A DNA stretch of 64,000 bases from positions 2,418,001 through 2,482,000 of the forward strand of contig OX337238.1 of NCBI GenBank assembly GCA_946965045.2. Reading direction: 5' to 3'. The notes under the pieces are model-generated. The model did no database searches and was not told where the DNA came from. It saw only the letters and a program-made list of their open reading frames with translations. Positions within the stretch are counted from its first letter, which is position 1. Every line of letters starts with the position of its first letter. Below, piece after piece: positions 46,302-58,700 of this stretch. The translations under genes and the position numbers were made by a program. The DNA comes from Epithemia pelagica. Lineage: Eukaryota > Protista > Bacillariophyta.

Positions 46302-48044
46302 TGAATGAGCTGGTGCGAAGCAACACAGACTATTGAGAAACGTAGAATACATTTGTGATTGCTTGTTGATCAACCATCCTTCGAGTGTTCTGTGTATTGC
46401 AATGTTCATTCAAACGAAGTGCTGGGCACAAACTAGGTTTTGCTTTTAAAGTATCCTGTGGGATAGATGTGCTGCTCACTGCAGCTTATGCCTTCTTGTA
46501 ATTATAAGTAGGGAGTGCATGTACTTAAAGGAACTATCAATATTTAGGGATCAAAAGAATGTTGCATGCCAGGACTTTAGTTGGAAGTTGTTTTGTACAA
46601 TCCATTTATGTCAGTAGGACGAAATGTGGTGTGGTTGATGACAATACCACCATTGTTTCCCAAGCACCGCCATAAACAATGTTTAATGTTGAAGCCTGTT
46701 GCCATCCTGAACGGCTCATGAAACAGGGCGTGTGCCGATAAAGCCTCCTTGATACAGGTCATGTCTGGCCCAGGACAAGGGGTCGTCCAGGAGTGACCTG
46801 GTTGCCATGGAATGGCTGAGGCTTTTGTCTCTGTTGTCGTTACCATTGATTGGTCTCGATTCGTTTGTTGTTGGTTTTGTGGCAAGAGGCTCCAACTCTA
46901 AATATACAGTCAAGGAGCATCGAATGATGGGAGTGGAATGCCAAGGGGAAACAGCTCATGATCTATGTGCGTCAGTCGCTCGACTTGCATTTCGAAATGC
47001 CTTTGAACTCTCTTCCTCTGTCTCTCGCTCGATGGCCTCCACATTTGACTTGAAGACTGCGTTTTCTGTTTTGTGACCGTAGATGAGATGTTGCGCCGCG
47101 AATCTTTTGTCCGGGAAGGCTCGGCTTTGCGCGCAGGCCATTCGTTCGCCGGACGCGGTGGTATCCTCACAAAAAAAGTGTGGACGATCTTTTGACCTTG
47201 GGGCGAGAACGAAAAAGAGACGAGAGATGAGAGGTCGATTGTCGAACGTCGAACCGATCGATTTCTGTAGGAATTGGGATGACGACCTCATCCAAACTCC
47301 GATACTTTCGACTGCGTGAAAGCATGCAAGTCGAATGGATACTACACCAAGATTTGCGTTCTTGTCGCGAATCCATGGAGGATTTGTCCAAATCGCAACG
47401 ACAGCTGACATCTATAGAGGCAAACACAACGCAGGGTGTATAAAGACCGTCCCTTTTTCCGGATCACACCTTCATATCGACCATTGTCGCAAACGGGTCT
47501 TGGTGTCGCAAAGAGGGTCTTGATTCTTTCATTGACAGAGTGCGAGAGATAGCCACAATTACTGGTGCAAATGAAGAACAATTTCGGATGAAGGACAACC
47601 GCGGAAAGCATCGCCCAATTGCCGAGGAAGAATCTCAGATGGGTCATGTCTCGAACGCGGAGAAGGAGGTTGGGTGTTGGGTAGACCATTAAAAAGCGGA
47701 TCTGGATTCGTGGGAGAATGGCACGCCAGAAAGATAAGCCGTCGGTGTTCTAAAAAGCAAGGACCGCATTTCCTGACCCCAGTGCTGGAAAAGAAATGGA
47801 TCAAGAAACCAAGAAACCAGATATATGTGCAACAAAAGAATGCAAACATCAAGACGTCACTGACCATGGTTGGCACTTTATGTCTTGTAGTTCTCATCAA
47901 AGCCGGAAATTAAAAGTCCTGGACGTCCGTGCGTCGTTGTTTGTATTGAAGATGAAGATCTTTCCATCAGGTTTTGGTGCGAAAGAGCAATCAATGGTGG
48001 ACAAAGATTCCATTCCTCGTCACCTTGCAGTATCAACCAGCACA

Positions 48045-50869
48045 ATGACACTCCAAGAACAAGCACTCCAGTCTGGGCTTGTGTTTTGCAATGGCGACAA
48101 TGACAAGGAACCACGATGGAACGTGAACAATTGGCCGCCCTTGTTGGGTGGTTGGCGTTACCGTCATGCGACGGTTGTGCTGAACCATCCCGATAAGGTG
48201 AATGCACAGACTGTCGTTGTCCTGGGAGGATATCGACATCACGGTACTACCAATTCAGTTCTTGTGTTGAATTTGGACGAGGAAAATAAACAGTGGCAGG
48301 CAGCAACACCCATGAACCAAAGTCGATGGGGCCATGCAGCTGTGGTTTGCAACGGCGGAGTTTATGTCATTGGAGGACGGAATGCAAGTTCACTCTTCGA
48401 CAGTATCGAATGGATTGATGTTGGAGACTTTCTGGAAGCGTCGCGGACAAACATGCCTTCGAACCAATGGACAACACTGAATTGTCGCTTGACTACGGCA
48501 CGCGCTGGATGCTCGGCTGCTGCTATTCATGATCGCTACATTGTCATCATGGGTGGACACAACGGCGGAAGCCATTCTTTGTCGTCCGTTGATATTGTTG
48601 ATACGGCTTTGCAGAACAACCACACTGTCAGTACAGGTCCATCGATGACAGTTGCCCGAGCATGGTGTACCAGCACTGTTGTTGGCCACCGCATCTTTGT
48701 TGTTGGGGGCAAGCGTGATGGTAAAAATGATGTGACATCTGTTGAATCTTTGGAGTTTCAACAGCCATGGGACAATGACACGAAGGCCACTGCTACGTCT
48801 ACAATCTTCCCTTCGTCATGGACGCCTAGCAGCGATCTCGTTCTTTCGATTCCACGTCATACTCACACAGCTGTAACAGTTGGATCATGCATCGTAGTTG
48901 CAGGGGGTAATAGTCGGTGTAAGCTTGTGGAGGTAATCGATACTGAACGCAATATTGTGTGGAACCTTCCACAAATGACCGTCGGGCGCAACGGCTGTAG
49001 TATGGTTGCTGTCTCTCATGGAATTGCTCTTATTGGTGGAAACGGTGTAGATACAAGCGAGACAATCCCTCTGATGGACAGGAAAGAGCATCTCAAGGTA
49101 CGTCTCCAACAGTTTACTCAGTATGTTTACATGGTTTTAGTGGCTCATTGTCCTTCTGCTTTTTACCGTGATTATCGAGTATGTATTCATGTCGAGCGGA
49201 ACTCGACGCGGAAATGGAGAAAGTTCATATCGCTATTGAACACGCCAAGGTGGAGTACAGGGACGAAGAGGTCTTGGATCAAGGTGCCAAGGCACAGTTT
49301 TTGCTTCCACTATTGGAATCACTGTGCGAAGATGAAACGTTTTTCTCGGTTCAAGATTTAGAGACGAAAATTGATGAGCTTACGGTTCGAATGGAAAGCA
49401 TAGATGTCATTCAAGATAGGATTCCCCTTGTCCACAAGGTGAAGAGGCTTACGGCACTTGTGGAACTAAATGGTGTAGATACTGCTGAGGACACGAAGCC
49501 TCCGGGGATCAAGGAAGCGCTGGTTGAAGGATCACAGTCATGTGTTTCGATTGTTGGCGTTTTCCATGAGAAGCTTGTTGATCCTGAGAACATTGATTTG
49601 CAATTGCATGAGATGTCATTCTTGGTTTCAGACTTGATCGAATTGAAAGTATTCTATACGTATCTCAATCATTTGCGTCGTTCCAAGAAACTTGCTACAG
49701 AAGATTGGCAACGATACTCCGTGAACGCATTGCACCAGACTTCCCGGAAGATATCTCTGAGCGATTCTGCTTCGATCGAGATATTGGAGGGAATCGTCAG
49801 TCAATTCCGAAAGGACGGAATCTTTGTTCATGAAAATATTATGCGTAGCATTGGCATCAATTCGACATACTCCGACGTAGTGACAGAGTTGGAGCTTTTC
49901 GAATTTCGAGTTGGACAAATCCTCCCCTTGGTAACACCACAAACTGCAAAGTCGGCAACAGGCTATCCTGTTCTGATGCATGTTCAGGCTTTGGGTAGAT
50001 CTCTCAAGGAATTTTTCTTGGCATCTGAGGCAAGAGATGATAATCATGTGGCTGTTGCCGTTATCTGCTCCATTTTGAATGCCTTGTCCTTTGGCGGTCC
50101 AGGGACGCTACACAGCTGTGTGAAACCGTCTTCAGTCAACTCTGTACTTAATCAGATTGTGGATTATGGCGATGCTGACCATATTTGCTCTGTTTTGGAT
50201 CAAAGCGGCAATGAAGCTTTGCAATATGTATGCAAGGAGGGTCTTGACATTATAGAGAAGGCAAGGTCGAACGAGACGAATGAAGACAAGAGTGATGAGG
50301 AGAATAATGGTGGAACGCAGTTTTTGGTATCTGTCATGGGCCATTTGGCCAATGGAGTGACAAAGCTGGTGCGCGAGACTACAAGATTGGGAAGGGACGG
50401 CGATGCGGAGAATCATGAAGCAGTGACAATTTTGGCCTTGATTGTCACAGCCAAAATGATCCAAATGGCGGAACCTGCCGTAGAGTTGGAAAGCCCGAAT
50501 AATGAAAGCACAGATGAGTCCAAAATTCATGTGAAGGGTACATTTGGCGCAGGTTTTCAATCCACAAATGTTTCTTCCGCGGCCTTTGGTCCATCCATCG
50601 TCGATCCTCTTTCTCGCTCCTCTATTTCGTCTCAAGGACGTGGAAGGACGCTTCTGCAACGGGTAGTGGCAATCGAAGAGTCCATTTCACAGGACAACAA
50701 GAGTGATCATATTTCGGAGAAAGAAATTCGTGCCATGGCTCAAGCGGCAGTGGACCATTGCATGTCACAGGAACAAAGTCCTTTGAGATTGGCTGAGATG
50801 ATGGAGAAATTAGACAATCGCCTGAGCACATTGGAGGAATTCCTTGGATATAAGGGGGGTGTTGAATGA
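48045..50869 (+). CDS. Kelch family copy 9 (long form): open exons but mutated splice acceptor (TAG>TCG)
   Basis: ATG at 48045, donor at 49098. The acceptor reads ATTATCG|AGT (49171-49180) versus ATTATAG|AGT in copy 10 and ATAATAG|AGT in copy 6. Exon 2 ORF 49181..50869 is intact. Confidence 0.65.
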
Positions 50870-52546
50870 TCACTGCTGGAACTTGTGCGTGAGCATACAA
50901 AACACCGTCGAACAAAGACTCGCCGACTCGCCTGAAACGAGGATTATTTCTAGCGTTTCTTTATTAATAAAAAGAACTCCTTACTATTGTTCGTTCATCA
51001 CCGGTTTGTTCTCAAGTCCATGTTTCGTATGTTGCGATGCAGGATAGTCGTAACCGCGCGTATCATTGTGCAAAACTCTGGAACGCTTTGATGTACTATT
51101 GGAGACGCAAAACGCTTCTTGTACAATCGCGAGAGGGCTGTCCTTGCCGTCTAGAGACTAGAGACCCCAACGAAAGAACCATTCAACTATCATGAAATCT
51201 ATTCTTGGCGCCACTCACCATTCCATTCGAAATTCAGATCCGTTTTTGTGAGATCAGATATAATATGTTGCGCCGTGAATATTGGCAGGGAAGGCTCGGC
51301 AATACGCGCAGGGCTTGTGTCTGCCGGACGCGTCCACAATCTCAAATCTCGTCCTTTTGCCCCAGCAAAATCGAGAGAGAGGAAAAACAAAGACGAGAGA
51401 GACCGATGGTCGATGTCTCTAGATCATATCAAGATATGGGTATTGGATCTCGGTCGTTGCGTTGGAACAATGACTCAGATAATGGTGGCAGGGTGAAAGC
51501 TTGCAACCAAATGTCCATTATACTGTCAACGCCAACTGGGTAAAGAAAGCACGCAAGTCGGATCCAAAGAACAATACGCCAAAGTATAGCCCTGAGGTGT
51601 TGTCGCGAAACGAAATATCGTTGGAGGATTCTCTCGCCTGTCCAAATCACAATGCCTGTTCACAGAGGTAGTGACACCCAACGCATGGGGCGGAAATCCT
51701 GAATTATGTTGGCATTCCAATCGAACACGGTCTCAAACGGGTTTTGGCATCACAACGAGGATTGAGACCGACAATGGAGGGAGCAGAACAAAGAATTTGA
51801 CTCTTACAGAGCATCGTTCCGATGCAATTGATGAAGAAGAAATGGGCCATGACACGGACGCGGATCACAAAGCGGTGCTGGATTTGTAGAGGGAGTACAG
51901 AATGGCACGACAAGGAGATACTGGCGTAGTGGACCCCAAACACCCGGACTCTCAGCCATTTGTTTTCCAGTTTTATTATACACATCAAGAATCACATTGT
52001 CGAATCTTGGTACTCACCGAACAAACGGCGCAATAAAACAAGGAGCCCAAGGGCCTCAAACATGCAGAGGTGAGGTGGTCCTTATCACCACAAATGCCAT
52101 CTCCTTGCCAATTTTGTTAAGATCAAGGTGATCAAGCTCTATCATGGTGGTACCAAGATCAAAGGAATGAACACGCCCTTCGGTTCTCAATAACGTCTCA
52201 GGAACTTGATCTAGCGCTGTGCAATATTACTGCAACGAAAGACGCAGCGCGCATCCAACTATCAACAGAGGGATGTTCACGGAGCTGCCGGGTATGGTCC
52301 GTTTCTGTCCACAGAAATCAAGACAGACTACAAAGAAGCAATAGCTTATGTCCGGTTGTCGAAGCGGATCCGTAGCTTTCTTGAACGTCTGACTTGCTCG
52401 TGTGTACGTCCGTCCGTCAATAATTGATTCGGACAAGATCTTTCGTTCAGGATTTCATGTGAAAGAGGAATCAGTGGTCGACATGGATTCCTTTCCTCTC
52501 ATATTCTTTCCACAATTCTCATTTCCTTGCACTATCAACCAGCACA

Positions 52547-55319
52547 ATGACACTGCAAGAACAAGCACTTCAGTCTGGGCTTGTCTTTCGCGATTGTGAA
52601 GACGACCCGGTACCACAATGGAATGCGAAAGACTGGCCTCGTTTATTGGGTGACTGGCGTTCCCGTCATGCGTCGGTTGTAGTCAATCACCCTGATAAAG
52701 AGAATACACAAACTGTCGTCGTGCTTGGAGGAACGAAAATAAATCAAGCCTTCACAAAGTCAGTTCTTGTGTTGAATTTGGACCCTAACGAGGAAAATAG
52801 AGAGTGGCTGGAAGGACCTCCGATGAACGAACTTCGACGTGAACATGCAGCTGTTGTCTGCAATGGAGGAGTTTATGTGGTAGGAGGAGGAAATGGCAAG
52901 TTACGGTTTGATAGTATCGAAAGAGGATTGAAGTTGAAGACTTGTTGCAAGGATCGCATGCGAAGAGGATAACAAAGCGTTGGACAACACTGAATTGTCG
53001 TTTGACTACGGCACGCAATGGATGTTCGGCTGCTGCTGTTCATGATCGATATATTATCGTCATGGGTGGATACAACGGAAACTTTTTGTCGTCTGTCGAT
53101 ATTATTGATACTGCTGTGAAGAGCAATCACACTGTCATAACAGGACCACCGATGACAGTTGCTCGATCATGGTGTACCAGCACTGTTGTTGGCCACCGCA
53201 TCTTTGTTGGGGGCAAGCGTGATGGTAAAAATGATGTGACATCTGTTGAATCTTTGAAACCAGCCATGGGACAATGACACGAAGGCCACTGCTACGTCTA
53301 CAATCTTCCCTTCGTCATGGACGCCTAGCAGCGATCTCGTTCTTTCGATTCCACGTCATACTCACACAGCTGTAACAGTTGGATCATGTATCGTAGTTGC
53401 AGGGGGTAATAGTCGGTGTAAGCTTGTGGAGGTAATCGATACTGAACGCAATATTGTGTGGAACCTTCCACAAATGACCGTCGGGCGCAACGGCTGTAGT
53501 ATGGTTGCTGTCTCTCATGGAATTGCTGTTATCGGTGGAAATGGGGTAGATACATGCGAGACACTCCCTCTGCTTGACGGGAAAGAGCATCTCAAGGTAT
53601 GTATCATGTAGTTTTCTCTGCGTGTTTCTATGGTTTTTGTGGAAGGATTAGTCTCATTTGTCCTTCTGCTTTTTACCGTGATTATAGAGTATGTATTCTT
53701 GTCGAGCAGAGCTTGATGCGGAAATGGAGAAACGTAGTATCGCTATTGAACGCGCCAAGGTTGAGTACAGGGACGAAGAGGTCTTGGATCAAGGTGCCAA
53801 GGCACAGTCGATGCTTTCATTATTGGAATCACTGTACGAAGATGAAAAGTTTTTCTCGGTTCAAGATTTGTAGAAGAATATTGATGAGCTAACAGTTCGA
53901 ATGGAAAACATGGATGTCATTCAACATAAGATTCCCCTTGTCCACAAGATGAAGCAGCTTACTTCATTATTGGAACAAAATAGAATTATTACTCCTGAGG
54001 ACATGTAACCTCCGAGTAACAAGGAAGGGACCGTCGAAGCATCAGTATCATGTCTGCCCAGTGTTGGCGTTTTCTATGATAAACTTGTTGATCCTGAAGA
54101 CGTTGACACACAATTACCTGAGCTGTCGTTTCTCGTTTCAAACATGGACCAATTGAAAGTATTATATACGTATCTCAATCATTTGCGTCGTTCCAAGAAT
54201 CTCTCTAACGAAGATTGGCAACGATTCTCCCTGAACGCCTTACACCAGACTTGCAGGAAGATATCTGTGAGCGATTCTGCATCGATCGAGATATTGGAGG
54301 GAATCGTCAGTCAATTCCGAAAGGACGGAATCTTTGTCAACGAGAATATTATGCGTAGCATTGGCATCAATTCGGCATCCTCCAACGTGGAGACAGAGTT
54401 GGAGCTTTTTGAATTTCGAGTTGGGCAAATCCTGCCCTTGGTAACACCACAAACTGCAAAGACTGCATCAGGCTATCCGGTTCTGATGCATGTTCAGGCT
54501 TTGGGTAGATCTCTCAAGGAACTTTTGTCGGCATTTGAGGCAAGAGATGAGAATCATGTGGCTGTTGCAGCGATCTGTTCCATATTGAATGCCTTGTCCT
54601 TTGGTGGCCCCGAAAGGTTCCACAACTGTGCCAAGCTATCCTCTGTCAACTCTGTACTTAATCAGATTGTCGATTATGGCGATGTGGACCATATTTGCTC
54701 TGTTGTGAATCAAGGCGACAATGAATCTTTGCAACAGGTGTGCAGCGAGGGTCTTGTCATTGTAGAGAGGGCAAGGACTGTCGAGAAGGACAAAAGTCGC
54801 GAGGAGAGTAATGGTGGAACCCAATGTTTGGTGTCTGTCATGGGTCATTTGGCCAATGGAGTTACAAAACTGGTGCGCGAGACTACAAGATTGGGAAGGG
54901 ACGGCGAGGCGGAGAATCATGAAGCAGTGACAGTTTTGGCCCTGATTGTCACAGCCAAAATGATCCAAATGGTTGAACCAGTCCTAGAGCTTGAAGCGGC
55001 GAATACAAAAAATGTGAAGAAAGAATGCTGTACAGCTTTTCCTTCGATATCAGAAGTTGATTTGACAAATTCGAACAGTCGACCACCAACTTATGGTTCT
55101 GGGAGTTCTCTAACAAAAGGGGAGGGGACCTCAATAGCCCAACGTCTGTCCAGGTTGGAGGATATGGTTGCGTTTCTTGTTGACGCCAAGCAATACGAGC
55201 AAAACTCCATTGGATCAGGACGGAGTCCTAAACACCTGGCTGGAATGGTAGAGAAGCTGATTGACATGGTTGAAAAAGTAGATGATCGCACGGCCAAACT
55301 GGAAAAAATTCTTGGATAG
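52547..55319 (+). pseudogene. Kelch family copy 10 (long form), multiply inactivated
   Basis: 2-nt insertion near 52923, ~5-nt deletion near 53257, TAG at 53871-53873, TAA near 54006. Donor AAG|GTATGT near 53598; acceptor TAG at 53685-53687. Confidence 0.85.
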
Positions 55320-55715
55320 ACGGAAGGATGAATGACGACATCAAAACGTTGGATAGCCAACAACATGGATAACGATGGCTTTCGAACCGTCTATTTGATC
55401 GATAACTACACTCATCGAGGTTCGTTGTAGCGTTTCAATGTTACGGACTGCACATCATTATAGATTCTGCTATTGATCAAGAGGCGGATTGCTCATCACA
55501 TCTCAAAGAGCTTTTCTAGGATATTTTGAAACAGGTGTTCCGTCTAGCTCCACGGCAGCGGTCGTTCTTTACCGCTGCTCCTGGCTTGCTATTAATGGGA
55601 GAATCGATCACTTAACGATTTTCAGGCTTGCTGTGGAGAGTCTGAAGCCATTTACAAAATCAACGAGATTTAAGAGAATGACGCATTTTGGAAACACCAG
55701 CCTACGATGAGGACC

Positions 55716-58700
55716 TTATTCCCTCCGCAAACGCTTTTTCGCCGTCCCATTGCTAATTTCAATTTCGTAGCTGTTGCAGAATCTTGCCCGTTTCTGCTTT
55801 CCTTCTGTCGTACCCTCTGGAATAGCACCAGCGCGGAGAAAAAGAAAGAGTGGCGTACCGTCTCCATTCTCGGACCCAAACTTCTGAAGAATGGTAGGAA
55901 TAAGACTACTAGGCCAAGAATCCGGGTTGAAATGTTTGACGGATTGACCGTAGGATTTGTCCAACTGAGTTTCGTTTCCCGTCATTACTTGTATCATGTT
56001 GATGTATCGGTTGCGGCGTACAATGCTGGTAACAAGAGGATCTGGAATGTCCCGATAACCTGCAGAGTCAGCATCTTCATTAGGGTGATGTGTTATGCTT
56101 CGCAATGGTTCGCTCGGAGTAGAAAGATAATCATGACAAGGACGCAAATGGTATTTGACTGAGCAAATGTACATGTTTCGTTGCAGTTGTTCAACAAAGT
56201 CCATCCACTTTTCGCGAGCCCAAATGTTGTTATTGAGAGTCAAGTGGCGAAGATGTTTCGAGAGTCGACTTATGTTGCTCACCCACGACCAATCACCTGG
56301 ATTTGCAAACGGATTTTCGGCGACATCCAACTTTTGCACTGCAACCTGTCGATGCTCAAGTCCTCGCAGAATTGCACTCAACACACTCCCATTCATTCGA
56401 CACTCTCGAAGAATTAAATTCTTCAACGCAACGAGTCCTGCAACGGTGTCAGACAAAGTCTCAATTTGTTCCACATCTGTTTGTCGAAACAAGGGACTTG
56501 CACTCATTTCAAACGAATTTAGTTCGGTTTGATGTCTCAGAAGAGCCAAGACAGACCCAAGATTCAAGGAGACCCTACGGAAGCCCAGCACGCGTAGTCG
56601 AGGTGATGTATTTGAGGTCAAACTGGTCACAAGATGCTCACGCGACGTATCAGGCATTGTAACGTTGCTGAGGCGCAGTACCTTTAACGAGCAATTATTG
56701 CCCAGTCCTTGTACTAGTGTTCTCATCAAAGTTTCGATGAGCTGACGGCCATGCGAAAACTGTAGTGTCAACTCCTTTAGCTGTAGGGCCGGGACTAACA
56801 CTGATGACAAGAGCTGCGATTGAAGACGAGATATTCCAAGTTGCAAAGGCATATAGTAGAAGAAAACGGAGTCGACGTTGGACATGGACGACAAGTCCTC
56901 TCCGTATCGAGCTAGGTCTGTTTCAGCGATTGTAAGAGGATCCAAATACACATGAAAACCTCGTTTTCGACCAATGGGGATACACTCCGAAGAGGGCTGG
57001 TGGACAGGCCTATCACTTGGCCCGCAAAAAGAGCGCTCCAATGTAATGAATCCCAAGTCCAGGCTTTTGAGTACCTCACTTTTATCAAAGTGACGCAACA
57101 AAGGGCCCGGGAGTACTGCATTTGATGCTTGGCTGATTCCGCATGATACCATTCGAACTGATTCAAGCCGTGGGTGGCTGTGGATGGCTTCCACCAAACG
57201 CCCTTGCAAATCGGTAACTTGATTGTTTTCGTCTTGGGTTAGGTGTTGATCTATTTGAAGCAATGTGTGATTGTACGACACATCCAACTCCCGAAGCTGG
57301 TGATTGACTTTCACGAATGCTATTAAGCACTCGAGTGACAAAGCGGTCAGCGCATTATGGGAAATATTGAGAATCTCGGGTGAAGAACCTTTGGCTTTCA
57401 ATGATGACGAAACCAACGATGGAGTCGAAATGGGATCTGTATCCTCCGTTAGCATTTTGTTGTTGTTGTTGCTCGTTGCATAGGAAAGAGAAGTACCAGA
57501 TGACTGCTCCGAATTCGGTACGAGAAGGAGGTGGTGAAGATCGGAATCCGTCATTAGGCAATTTCGGATCGTCAAGGTAGATATTGAGCATGAATCAGGC
57601 GGCAGCAACAAAGAGTACGGTACCTCCAACACGCATTCCAAAGTGAGAACCTTCAAGCCAGATTTGGCAAACAAACATGAATTGGCCAGAGACGACAGCA
57701 TGGGCACAGCGCTTGGCTTTTGATCTTGATGCCAATTAGATGATGCATCATCCATTACAGTGTCAATTGTGTGTGAGAACGCCGGAGAATCAGCTGAACC
57801 GCTGTCCTCTAGTATATTTTCCTTCTTTGTACGCGATTTGACAAATCCTCCTTCGTGGGCTACCGACAATTTGCAGTTCTGGAACTTCCACGAGACCACG
57901 GACAGACGAGCGATACCCTCGAGAAGACAACGATTGTCATTTTCGGAATGATAGAGGCGGTTGATACTAAGAGATGAGGAAGAGGAGGTCATGAAAGGCT
58001 GAGAAACGTTGGACTCTTCGAGTTGCGGTTGTAGCGTTGCATTTCGTGCATCCGGGCTTGTACTCAAAGTGGATGCTGAGTTTGTGGGAGTCATTGGTCG
58101 TTTTTGACGACTCCACTGTATCATGTGAAACAAATCCATTTCCTTCATGGTTGCACATTTGATTCCCCTGTGCAATACCAAGACCAGAATATCGGGCGGT
58201 GGGGTCAAGACATTGCTTGCCACGGTGGATTGAGCTCCCCCTGGCTTTTGAAGCTCTCGACTGCTGTATGGTGTATCTATGGTCAATCGAACCACTGTCT
58301 TGCTTTTGCTCAATACAACACTAAATTCATCAAAGATTCGGCGATGACGCACTGATAAGTCAATCACGGGTAACACGGAGGCATCTGATGCCAACACCAA
58401 CTCATCTTCGTCGTCGTCGTCATCGTCCTCCTCCTCATCCATTGGTTCGGGAGAACTGTCTTCATTGCCAACCTTGTCTTGTCCAGCGTTCCGACGACTC
58501 TCCGCACCTTGGGATGGCTGTGCAAAGGAAACCTTCTTTTTCGTTGCTGCTTTGGTGGGAGATTCTCCCCGGACTTCTTGGTTTGATGGTTGTCGCAGTC
58601 CAATCGAAATGTGCAAGACCTCCAACGGACACTGCTCCGTTCCTAGAAGCAAGGTCAGGCTTGGCAATACTCCAACGGCTGTTAGCAATGGATTGTCTAC

